This document shows positions 27,241-39,132 of a DNA stretch of 64,000 bases, piece by piece; the first letter of the stretch is position 1, and every line of letters begins with the position of its first letter. The translations under genes and the position numbers were made by a program. The stretch comes from Macrostomum lignano (Eukaryota). The notes under the pieces are model-generated. The model had not been told where the DNA came from and made no database searches. It saw nothing but the letters and a program-made list of their open reading frames with translations. Location of the stretch: positions 62,001-126,000 of the forward strand of contig NIVC01001208.1 in the NCBI GenBank assembly GCA_002269645.1. The letters run 5' to 3'.

Positions 27241-30200
27241 ATGCCGGAATTTAATGGCGACGGCGTCAACGGTCACGACCAAGAGGAGACAGCAACGGTT
27301 GCTAATGGCAACGGTGTCAATTTGGAATCGGATTCCACCGCGTCTAAATCCGCTTCATTGAAGTCGACGGCAGCCGCTATTAATGGCCATTCGGCAACTA
27401 GCAACGGCGGCGACTCGGAAACTGCAGTAGCGGTTGCTAAGGACGCCAATGCCGAGGATGAGGACTCGGCGTCCAAGGAGAAGGAGTTTCAATTCTCCGT
27501 CAGTTTTGTACCCCCAAGCGGAGAGTCGTTTAGCATGCACGTTAGCTCTCAGGAATTGGTGCAAGAGATTCACCAGATCCTGACAGACCGCGAGGACTGC
27601 TGTCACAGAACCTGCTTCAGCCTGAGTCTGGCTGGCAAGCAGTTGGATAACTTTGTTGAACTGAAAAATGTGCCAGAACTCGCTGAGGGTTGCAGCATTC
27701 GAATTGTGGAAGGTAAGCCTATTAATCTCTTTTTTGCAGTTGAGGCGCCTTAATCCTTTTAGATCATATTTCAGAGACTAAATATGACTATTAATAAGGC
27801 TGAATGCCTTGTCATCTAATTAGTACTACGCCTGTATTCTTTCGGGTGGGCATTGTATTTTTGCAACTTGCTTTGGCGTGGGCCCCTCGCCAGTCGCCAG
27901 CCAAGTGTTGTGGATGTATGCTCTATATTATCTATATCCATATAATAAAATGGTTTGTCGGAGGTAGGTATGTGTGTGATCGATTTCAGAAAATATCTAA
28001 CACTATACAGCTTAGTTTTTCGCCAAAAATGCGGGTCCCTGTACCGTAGGCGTTGCCGTAGCTTATTGCCTAATAGCCACAGGCACATAATAGCCCATAA
28101 ACTAAAAGCCACAGCCACATAATAGCCCATAGCCTGATAGTCACAGCCACATAATAGCTCTTGGCCTAATAACCACAGCCACATAATAGCCCAAAAACTA
28201 ATAGTCATAGCCACATAATAGCTCATAGCCTAATAGCCATAGCCACGTAATAGCTCATAGCCTAATGGCCATAGCCACATAATAGCTCATAGCCTAATAG
28301 CCATAGCCAGATAATAGCTCATAGCCTGATAGCCACAGCCACATAATAGCTCATAAACAAATGGCCACAGACACAAATAGCCTATAGCCTAATAGCCACA
28401 GTAACGTAATAGCCCTTTACCTAATAGTCACTTGGCCACATAATAGCCCATAGTCTAATACCCACAGCCAGTCCCAATAGCTGCAAAGGCTGATACTTAT
28501 AACCCCCCCAAAAAAAATCAATCCAACTCTAGAGATGTACAACGTTAAAGAGGCCAAGAGTCACCTGCGCCACATCCAAGACATTCTACGGTCAACCGAA
28601 CCAATCGACGCCTATCTTGGCCGCGAACAGATGTCGCTAAGCTTTGTTAATGCCGTCACTCAGAACTCTTTGTTGTCGCCGCGACCGCCTGGCTCTGTGA
28701 CCAGTATTGGCGGCATCGGCGGCGGCAACGGCTCGGATAAGAGTCGTCAGGATAAAAATGGGGGCGGCAACAGTGGCGGCGCCAATTCTTCAGGCGCCAA
28801 CTCGTCATCAGGCGGCGGCGCCAATTCCGGCGCCAGCGGTGGGGGTGCCAAATCGCCATTCGAACCTCCAGATTACGCTTTGCCTGGCTCGCACGACCTG
28901 CCTGTAATGCCGCTGCATCCGCTGAGCCTCACTGGCAAGCCGCCAATCTGCGTGTCAAATGGCGGCCTGTCTTTTAGTCAGTGGCATCCGCCGCCCCCCA
29001 ATAGAAAATTGCACGGCGATTTTATCTACGTCTGCTTTCACTCCCTGGAGGATAAGGTGTGCTTGCGAATTTTTCTTTTCCCCTGCTTAATATTGTCTGA
29101 ATAATGTGAATGCTGTCTAAAATAGCAGCCCTAAAGATCTCTCCTCAACATTCCTGAAGGTTTCCTCTAAGCAGCCCTGAAGATTTTCCCTGAACAGCCC
29201 TGAAGATTTCCCCTTAACAGCCTGAAGATTTCCCCTGAACAGCCCTGAAGATTTCCCCTTAACAGCCTGAAGATTTCCCCTGAACAGCCCTGAAGATTTC
29301 CCCGGAACAGCCCTGAAGGTTTCCCCTGAACAGCCCTGAAGATTTCCCCGGAACAGCCCTGAAGATTTCCCCTGAACAGCCCTGAAGATTTCCCCGGAAC
29401 AGCCCTGAAGATTTCCCCTGAACAGCCCTGAAGGTTTCCGCTGAACAGCCCTGAAGATTTCCCCTGAACAGTCCTGAAGATTTCCCCTAAACAGCCCTGA
29501 AGATTTCCCCTGAACAGCCCTGAAGATTTCCCCTGAACAGTCCTGAAGATTTCCCCTTAACAGCCTGAAGATTTCCCCTGAACAGCCCTGAAGATTTCCC
29601 CTAAACTGCCCCGAAGATTTCCACTTAACAGCCCTAAGAATTCCCCTAAACAGCCCCGAAGATTCCCCTGAACAGCCCTGAAGATTTCTTCTGAACAGCC
29701 CTGAAGGATACTGTGATGAATTGAGATTGAGACGAAGCGATTGAATTGGCTTGAGCCGCAAGTTGTAAACAGCGTTTCTTAACTGACTCGTTGGTCCTTT
29801 ATATTGTATTATAGAACTGAGTACATGTAGTTAGGACGAACGATGTACATTGCGAAGAAGTACTGTACGTATAAACAGAAATCGATCAGTTCAGTGGAGG
29901 GGGAGGGTCTATAGTGGTAAGCTAAATTTGAGCAGCCAAACGCACAAAGCAGTATAGTTCAAATCGGTATAAGACAGCCAATTCACAGATACCCCTTTCG
30001 GCTCGCCTGTAAAGTGGCTTATAATAAAACTGGAATAATCCCTTCCTTTACCAAACCCTCTTTATCGCAGGTGTTCCATATCACGGGCTCGCCGCGCGGT
30101 TTCTACCTGAACCGGTGCACAGAGACCGTGTTCGATCCCAGGCCTAGCCAACCTCTGCTGCTATTCCACTCGCTAGTGGATCTTTGCCGTCATCTGTCCA

Positions 30201-33200
30201 ACGGTTTCAAGCGCAACTGGGATCTACTATTGAAAGTGCGCGCTGCCAAGCATCCGATTGAGCGCGCGCCGGCTCCCTATCAGGTTTATTCTTGGCTTAG
30301 CCCGATACTCGAGCAGACTAGAGACTCGCTGGCTAAAGAGGAATGGGCTGGCGGCCGGCTTGGATGGGAGGAAGCGCTGCCTGGTGAGTTCCACTGTTTC
30401 AGTGCGTCACTGACGGCTTTTTAGGGATTGTTGAACAGGTTCTGGGAATTTCTGGGGAAGCCTTAAAAACAGGGAAGTAGCTTCAAACCGACCTCAAGTA
30501 TGCTTTCATATTCAACGTTAACGCCGTGTGGCTGTGAGACAGAGATTTTTAGTTTGTTTAAGTTTGCTATATTCCCATCTACATGTAGGAATATGGGAAT
30601 TTTATTTGTACCCCAGCGTCTATGGGAATATGGGATTTTTATTTGTACCTGAGTCTATGGGAATATGGGATTTTTTTGTACCCGAGTCTATGGGAATATG
30701 GAATTTTTATTTGTACCTGAGTCTATGGGAATATGGGATTTTTATTTGTACCTGAGTCTATGGGAATGTGGGATTTTTATTTGTACCTGAGTCTATGGGA
30801 ATGTGGGATTTTTATTTGTACCTGAGTCTATGGGAATATGAGCAAGCAATTATTTACAAGCAATTGAAAACCGTGAGGATTCCTAGAAAGAGGGTAAATT
30901 TCGCATTCCTACTTGGTTTACGGTAAGGCCAGGTTTATAACTGTCCCATCTGGCAAATTTGTTATTTGCTTGCTTTCATTTCAAAAATCAGTCCTCAGGT
31001 GTTTGCGGGCTTTCTCCCGCTCTGTAGCAACTTAATCACTTTTTTGTTGCATATTTCTCCTAGTGCAATTTTGGAGAGAAATAAAGATTCTAATTTGTTC
31101 GCTTTCCCTCTCTTGAGACGCGGGCAGTAGAAAGAAAAATATAATCATTCTACTGGGAAGCTCTGCCTTCTCGGACTTAAGATTTTTATCTTGATGCGAA
31201 ATTATTTTGGTTAGATGAGCCTTTGTATACTGTTTCTCATGTACAATATAGGGCTGAACTATATAATCCTCGCTTAGTGTGGACACTGGGCACTTTTTCT
31301 TTCTTCTCTGCTGAAAATCTGCTGTGAAATACGAAATATCTAAAAATAGATATTAATTAAGCCTGATTGCGGATATTTCTTGTTCTTATTCGTACGAGCG
31401 TGCTTTTATTAATTAGAATAATATATATCAGTTTTCTTAATAGAAAAATAATTACATTTCACCGTATTTCTACTGAATTAGTAGCAAGTAGCAAATCAAT
31501 CGTTTTATTGATTTATCAACAGGGCAAACTCGCGAATGGAACGAAGAGCTGCAGTGCACAAAAGAGTTGCCAGCTAAACTACTGGCTAATCGAGTTATTC
31601 GCGAACGGGCCAGCTTTAAAGCTAACTCGGATTTAGTTGCCGCTGCTTCTCGGGCCGCCGTTGCTGTGCTTGACGGTCACGTGCCCGCCATTAATCCCGT
31701 TGATCCGCCTACTCAGCGAATGTACATCTGGAACAACCTGTTCCTCAGCCTAGGCTACGATGTGAAAGGACATTACGCCGATATTGGCGGCGATTCCGCT
31801 GCTCTTGCTGCCACCTCCGCCGATTTGCGAGGCGTTCGAGCTGTGCGCAATCTTGATCACCATCAGCTGCACTGCCTTGGCACCGTGCTAGTTGATTATC
31901 GCGGAGTTCGCGTCACTGTGCAGAGCATTGTACCCGGATTGTTGGACAAAGATCAGGAGCAGGCGGTTATACACGGCTCCGTTGATTTTGGAAAAACTAT
32001 AGTTACGGATGAGAAGTGAGTTAGTCGGCCACTTTTTACACTCCCCTTCTCCCCCAGGTGTAAGAGTGCCCTTCTCCCCCAGGTGTAAGAGTGCCCTGCT
32101 CCCCTAAGTGTAAGAGTGCCCTTCTCCCCCAGGTGTAAGAGTGCCTTTTTCATCGAGGTGTAAGAGTGCCCTTCTCCCCACAGGTGTAAGAGTGCCCTTC
32201 CCCAGGTGTAAGAGTGCCCTTCTCCCCCAGGTGTAAGAGTGCCTTTTTCATCCAGGTGTAAGAGTGCCCTTCTCCCCACAGGTGTAAGAATGCCCTTCTC
32301 CCCACAGGTGTAAGAATGCCCTTCTCCCCACAGGTGTAAGAGTGCCCTTCTCCCCACAGGTGTAAGAGTGCCCTTCTCCCCACAAGTGTAAGAGTGCCCT
32401 TCTCGTCCAGGCATAATCGAGTGGTAATCTTCACAGTTGGACACAGTTCGATATAACAGCGTTAACCTTTTTCATCTCCCTGAAATCGTCATCCCGCAGG
32501 TTCAGCGAGCTGCTGCAGTCCCTGCACCGGGTCCTGATGTCCAAGCCGCACTCGGTCCTGGACGAGTCCGACAAGCCGCGCTTATTCCACACCAGTGTTG
32601 AGTGCAAAGGTATCCGCGGATCCGACGGTCGCCTGTACTTTCTCGACCTGTTGCGCCTGTTTCCGCCAGACGTCGCTTTCCTGACCGATTCCAAAGATTT
32701 GCCGTTGACGCCAAGCAATGAGGAGCTGCGTCTGCCAGCCCCGTTTCCGCTACAGCATCCGCACAGGCTGGGCACCCTACGGCCCGAGTTGTTGCAGGCT
32801 TTTGCTGAAGCCAGGGGACAATTGCCGCTATTTAATACTGACGTCACTTTGACTAGGTAGGATTTTATCTGAATCTTACCTAATGTACTTTACCCTAGTC
32901 TTTTGCGAAATGTCTATAAGCCAACCGTCCTAAATTACCACCGATAAACATCCACCTTTGCTTAATCTCTTCCCTGATCTACAAGTTAAGAAAGAAATCC
33001 GTTGCCACAATGTACAAAAGCTCTGAGCCAACCTCACCCCCAATGTACACAGGCTCTTAACCAACCTCTACTCCCATTGTACACAGGCTCCTAACAAACC
33101 TCTACCTCCAATGTACACAGGCTCTTAACCAACCTCTACCCCCAATGTACACAGGCTCCGAACAAACCTCTACCCCCAATCTACACAGGCTCCGAACAAA

Positions 33201-36200
33201 CCTCTACTCCCATTGTACACAGGCTCCTAACAAACCTCTACCTCCAATGTACACAGGCTCTTAACCAACATCTACCCCCAATGTACACAGGCTCCGTACA
33301 AACCTCCAGCCCCAATGTACACACACTCATGGTTATGCACGCTCTCACACTTACAATGCGCTCACATAACCAATTTCACAACTCTCATTCCAGACTATCA
33401 GTCCGTTTCTCATCGGACTACGCCAGCACGGAGCTGCAGTCTGATGTCGACCTGCTGTACGAAGCCTCCAACTTTCTGTTGGCCCATCAGATTCCGCTGC
33501 TAATTCACGAGCTGGCCACCCACTCCACCGCCCCAGCTGACGGGCCGGCCCTAGCTCGGGCCTTCCACTCTCACGGCGTCAACCTGCGCTACCTGGGCTT
33601 TTTCATCAACCGTTTGCAGACCGATCTGTCCGCCCAGAAGCAGCAGCAGACTCCTAATAGTCCAGCTGAGTCCGCTGCCGAACGGGCCAGCGTCTATCTG
33701 TTCCCATTGGCTATTCAACAGCTGCTGGTCAGGTCTATCAAACACGTCTGGCGCCGCCTAATGGCCGGTGTTGAAGCCACCAATCTGGCTACCGCGGTGT
33801 GTCACCTGCTCAATTGTATGTTTAGTCAGGCTCCTGTGCCGCAGCCGGCCTTGTTCTCCGATGAATTGTCCAGGGTGAGGCGCAAATCTAAGAAGAAGGC
33901 CTCCCCGTCTGCTAGTAGTCACGGAAATGCCTATCTGTTTGATCAGGTAAAGTACATTAAGTAAAAGTACATGTGAATAAACCCTTCTCAGCAAATCTAC
34001 ATTGGTTAATGGTCACCCCAATGTACACTGGCTATTGGCCAGCCCTCTCCTCCCCCCTCTCAACCCAAGTACACTGACTATCGGCCTGCTCTCTCCTCCC
34101 CCCTCTCACCCCAATGTACACTGACTATCGGCCTGCTCTCTCCTCCCCCCTCTCACCCCAATGTACACTGACTATCGGCCTGCTCTCTCCTCCCCCCTCT
34201 CATCCCAATGTACACTATCGGCCAGCTTTCTCCTTCCCCTCCTCACCCCAATGTACACTGACTATCGGCTAGCTCTCTCCTCCCTCCTCACCCCAATGTA
34301 CACTGACTATCGGCTAGCTCTCTCCTCCCTCCTCACCCCAATGTACACTGACTATCGGCCAGCTCTCTCCTTCCCCCCTCTCACCCAATGTACACTGTCA
34401 ATTGGCCAGCCCTCTTCCCCCCCCCCTCTCCCCCAATGTACACTGACCATCGGACAAGCTTCCTTCATAAAACCACCAATTTTTCTCTGACTGAACCATT
34501 TCAGGGCCTGGCATTCGTTCAACACAACAGCACCAGCTTCTGGGGCTGCATCATTGAGGAGCTCACTAACTACTATCACGTGTCCTCAAACTTTGAATTC
34601 GTCAATAAATCCATTGGCAGCTTGGAAGAATTCGAGACGGCTTGTTCTCGCAGTCTGGCCAGGCTGTACGGACTCAATGCTGACGAGCAGAAGCTGGCCT
34701 CTCTATCCAAGTATTCTCTGCTGCGCTCCGTGTGCGTCACCCTTGGAATTCAGCTGGCTTTGCGCGAGTATTCGTTCGATTCTACCAAGCATTTGACCTT
34801 TCGCGAGGACGACATTGTCTCGCTGTTCCCAGTGGTAAGCGTTTTTTATACTGACAGATTAGGCTTTGTTGTTAAATTCAGATACTATAATTTTGGGATT
34901 AGTGCAGTCTTTGTGATGTAACACTGGGCAGATTAACAATTGAATCTGTCTTTGTTAGTCCATCTCAAACTGGTAGATTAACAATTGAATCAGTCTTTGT
35001 TAATCCATCTCAAACTGGTAGATTAACAATTGAATCAGTCTTTGTTAGTCCATCTCAAACTGGTAGATTAACAATTGAATCAGTCTTTGTTAATCCATCT
35101 AAAACTGGTAGATTAACAATTGAATCAGTCTTGGTTAATCCATCTCAAACTGGTAGATTAACAATTGAATCAGTCTTGGTTAATCCATCTCAAACTGGTA
35201 GATTAACAATTGAATCAGTCTGTTAATCCATCTCAAACTGGTAGATTAACAATTGAATCAGTCTTGGTTAATCCATCTCAAACTGGTAGATTAACAATTG
35301 AATCAGTCTTTGTTAATCCATTTCAAACTGGTAGATTAACAATTGAATCAGTCTTTGTTAATCCATCTGAAACTGGTAGATTAACAATTGAATCAGTCTT
35401 TGTTAATCCATCTCAAACTGGTAGATTAACAATTGAATCAGTCTTGGTTAATCCATCTCAAACTGGTAGATTAACAATTGAATCAGTCTTTGTTAATCCA
35501 TCTCAAACTGGTAGATTAACAATTGAATCAGTCTGTTAATCCATCTCAAACTGGCAGATTAACAATTGAATCAGTCTGTTAATCCATCTCAAACTGGTAG
35601 ATTAACAATTGAATCAGTCTTTGTTAATCCATCTAAAACTGGTAGATTAACAATTGAATCAGTCTTGGTTAATCCATCTCAAACTGGTAGATTAACAATT
35701 GAATCAGTCTTGGTTAATCCATCTCAAACTGGTAGATTAACAATTGAATCAGTCTGTTAATCCATCTCAAACTGGTAGATTAACAATTGAATCAGTCTTG
35801 GTTAATCCATCTCAAACTGGTAGATTAACAATTGAATCAGTCTTTGTTAATCCATCTCAAACTGGTAGATTAACAATTGAATCAGTCTTTGTTAATCCAT
35901 CTAAAACTGGTAGATTAACAATTGAATCAGTCTTGGTTAATCCATCTCAAACTGGTAGATTAACAATTGAATCAGTCTTGGTTAATCCATCTCAAACTGG
36001 TAGATTAACAATTGAATCAGTCTTTGTTAATCAATCTCAAACTGGTAGATTAACAATTGAATCAGTCTTTGTTAATCCATCTAAAACTGGTAGATTAACA
36101 ATTGAATCAGTCTTGGTTAATCCATCTCAAACTGGTAGATTAACAATTGAATCAGTCTTGGTTAATCCATCTCAAACTGGTAGATTAACAATTGAATCAG

Positions 36201-39132
36201 TCTGTTAATCCATCTCAAACTGGTAGATTAACAATTGAATCAGTCTTGGTTAATCCATCTCAAACTGGTAGATTAACAATTGAATCAGTCTTTGTTAATC
36301 CATTTCAAACTGGTAGATTAACAATTGAATCAGTCTTTGTTAATCCATCTAAAACTGGTAGATTAACAATTGAATCAGTCTTTGTTAATCCATCTCAAAC
36401 TGGTAGATTAACAATTGAATCAGTCTTGGTTAATCCATCTCAAACTGGTAGATTAACAATTGAATCAGTCTTTGTTAATCCATCTCAAACTGGTAGATTA
36501 ACAATTGAATCAGTCTTTGTTAGTCCATCTCAAACTGGTAGATTAACAATTGAATCAGTCTTTGTTAATCCATCTCAAACTGGTAGATTAACAATTGAAT
36601 CAGTCTTTGTTAATCCATCTCAAACTGGTAGATTAACAATTGAATCAGTCTGTTAATCCATCTCAAACTGGCAGAATAACAATTGAATCAGTCTTGGTTA
36701 ATCCATCTCAAACTGGTAGATTAACAATTGAATCAGTCTTTGTTAATCCATCTCAAACTGGTAGATTAACAATTGAATCAGTCTTTGTTAATCCATCTAA
36801 AACTGGTAGATTAACAATTGAATCAGTCTTTGTTAATCCATCTCAAACTGGTAGATTAACAATTGAATCAGTCTTGGTTAATCCATCTCAAACTGGTAGA
36901 TTAACAATTGAATCTGTCTTTGTTAGTCCATCTCATACTGGTCGATTGACAATTAAATCAGTCTGTTAATTCATCTCAAACTGGTAGATTAACAATTGAA
37001 TCTGTCTTTGTTAATCCATCTCAAACTGGCAGATTAACAATTGAATCAGTCTTTGTTAATTCATCCAACCGGTGGATCAATGATTTGTGTTGCTAATACA
37101 AATACAGATACCATACAGACACTGGTACATGCATCTGCAGAAACTAATTAGTAGTCCTTGTCAATCCGACTACTTGTGATGCTAAAAGATCTCTTTGCCA
37201 TTGCCGCACCATTACCTAAAAGAAGCCGAACCGCATCCGCAGGTGAAATGCGTCCATCCCAAAGCCTCAGACGCCTACCAGCTGTTCCACATTGGCCAGC
37301 AGAGAATCAGCGCCGGCCAATTAACCGAAGGCCAGGAGCTCATCTGCGAGAGCTTGAACCTGTTGACCTCGGTGTACGGCCCCGTTCACAGCGACACGGC
37401 CAGCTGTCAGCGCCTGCTTGGCCGGCTATCCTACCTATTAGGCGACTACGGCATGGCTCTGCAGCAGCAACAGAAAGCCGTCATTATCAGCGAGAAAGTG
37501 TTCGGCATCGATTCCGCCCAGGCGGCTGCCGACTACGCTCACTTGGGCTTGTACGCCTTCGCCCTTGGCCAGTTCGACAATGCGCTGGCTTTGATGTATC
37601 GCTGCCGCTACCTGTCAGTACTGTGCCACGGCGAGCTGCACCCGGAGACGCCAACTATCGATTCTAATATCGGCCTGATGCTGCACGCTGTAGAAGATTT
37701 AGATCGCTCGTTGCAGTATCTAACTAGCGCCCTGCGTATTAATACTCTTCTATACGGTCCGAGGAGTCTGAAATCGGCGCTTAGTCATCATCTGATTGCT
37801 CGCACGCACAGCTGCAAAGCCGATTTCAGGGCCGCTCTGCAGGCCGAGAAGGTTAGATCGATTGATACTTTTTTTGAGTAGAGGGGAAGATAGGCAATAG
37901 GGAAGTGGGGAAAATAGAGGAACGGAGTGGTGGGGAAGATAGAGGATCAGAGCAGTGGGGATGATAGAGAATCAGAGAAGTGGGGATGATAGAGGATCAG
38001 AGTGGTGGGGAAGATAAAGGTTCAGAGCAGTGGGGATGATAGAGGATCAGAGAAGTGGGGAAGATAGAGGATCAGAGAAGTGGGGAAGATAGAGGATCAG
38101 AGAAGTGGGGATGATAGAGGATCAGAGCAGTGGGGAAGATAGAGGATCAGAGTGGTGGGGAAGATAGAGGATCAGAGTGGTGGGGAAGATAGAGGATCAG
38201 AGTGGTGGGGAAGATAAAGGATCAGAGCAGTGGGGATGATAGAGGATCAGAGAAGTGGGGAAGATAGAGGATCAGAGAAGTGGGGAAGATAGAGGATCAG
38301 AGCAGTGGGGAAGATAGAGGATCAGAGAAGTGGGGAAGATAGAGGATCAGAGTGGTGGGGAAGATAGAGGATTAGAGCAGTGGGGAAGATAGAGGATCAG
38401 AGAAGTGGGGAAGATTGAGATCAGAGTGGTGGGGAAGATAAAGGATTAGAGTGGTGGGGAAGATGGAGAATCAGAGCAGTGGGATGATAAAAGATCAGAG
38501 CAGTCGGAGAAAATAGAATCAAAACAGAAAGGACAATGTAGGGGAGAGAAGGGAAGATAGGGTATCAGATGCAAAGGAAAGATTCATGTAAAAAACAGCA
38601 TATATCAGTGAGTGTTTCTGATGCCTTAGAGACTATTAGTATTATCTGATATATTAGCATGCGTTGCAAAAGCGCTGTCGCCCCCCTCCAAACACCCGCT
38701 GAGCAGGAGTGCTACACAATCTATCGCGAGCGCCTTGGCGAGGAGAACGAGCGCACCAAAGAATCGTTCGACTGCATCACCCACCTGACCCGGCAGGCTG
38801 TCGTGTTTGAGAAGCGCGTCCGCGATTTGCAAGCCGGCAAAAAGGCCGGCGGCCTCTGCCCGTTGCAGATCCAGACGCCAAATCTGAGCAATTTATTGGA
38901 GACTCTCAACCTAGTTAATGGCATATTCTTCATCCAGTTGAGCTCGTGCGATCTCGACAAAATCCGCGCCCACTTGGCCTCCATCGCCGATTTGCAGCAG
39001 CCCGAAGGTCAGGCGGCTGTGGCCGCCGCTGCTGACGATTCGTCTGCCACCGCTGCCGCCGCCTCCGCCGCTGCTGTTGAAGGTGAAGGTGAAGACAATT
39101 CAGCGGCTCTTAAACAGGAGGTTCTGGACTGA
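27241..39132 (+). CDS. CLUH: Clustered mitochondria protein homolog (CLUH/clueless), 9 coding exons, ~1358 aa
   Basis: Exons 27241-27712, 28533-29056, 30071-30383, 31523-32015, 32500-32856, 33394-33946, 34505-34834, 37243-37851 and 38707-39132 total 4077 nt, with all GT-AG introns in phase. CLUH motifs: [72 protein letters not shown], and the TPR region to [22 protein letters not shown]. Confidence 0.96.
28064..28480. repeat. CLUH intron 1 minisatellite, 32-bp unit (TAGCCACAGCCACATAATAGCTCATAGCCTAA)
   Basis: About 13 units. Confidence 0.9.
29165..29705. repeat. CLUH intron 2 minisatellite, 22-23 bp unit (CCCTGAAGATTTCCCCTGAACAG)
   Basis: About 23 units. Confidence 0.93.
30590..30840. repeat. 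CLUH intron 3 minisatellite, 35-bp unit (GTCTATGGGAATATGGGATTTTTATTTGTACCTGA)
   Basis: About 7 units. Confidence 0.92.
32041..32402. repeat. CLUH intron 4 minisatellite, ~25-bp unit (GTGTAAGAGTGCCCTTCTCCCCCAG)
   Basis: About 14 units. Confidence 0.93.
33005..33325. repeat. CLUH intron 5 minisatellite, 34-bp unit (CAATGTACACAGGCTCTTAACCAACCTCTACCCC)
   Basis: About 9 units. Confidence 0.92.
34015..34450. repeat. CLUH intron 6 minisatellite, ~47-bp unit (CAATGTACACTGACTATCGGCCTGCTCTCTCCTCCCCCCTCTCACCC)
   Basis: About 9-10 units. Confidence 0.92.
34925..37065. repeat. CLUH intron 7 minisatellite, 45-bp unit with 43-bp variants
   Basis: About 47 units of TTAATCCATCTCAAACTGGTAGATTAACAATTGAATCAGTCTTTG. 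Confidence 0.97.
37880..38520. repeat. CLUH intron 8 minisatellite, 25-bp unit (AGTGGGGAAGATAGAGGATCAGAGA)
   Basis: About 25 units. Confidence 0.93.

Noticed and set aside
35210-36969. Repetitive ORFs ([15 protein letters not shown])n and similar ORFs at 15352-15649, 29117-29761, 31953-32444, 46281-47550
   Set aside because: They arise from tandem units whose length is near a multiple of 3, mostly inside phase-consistent introns.
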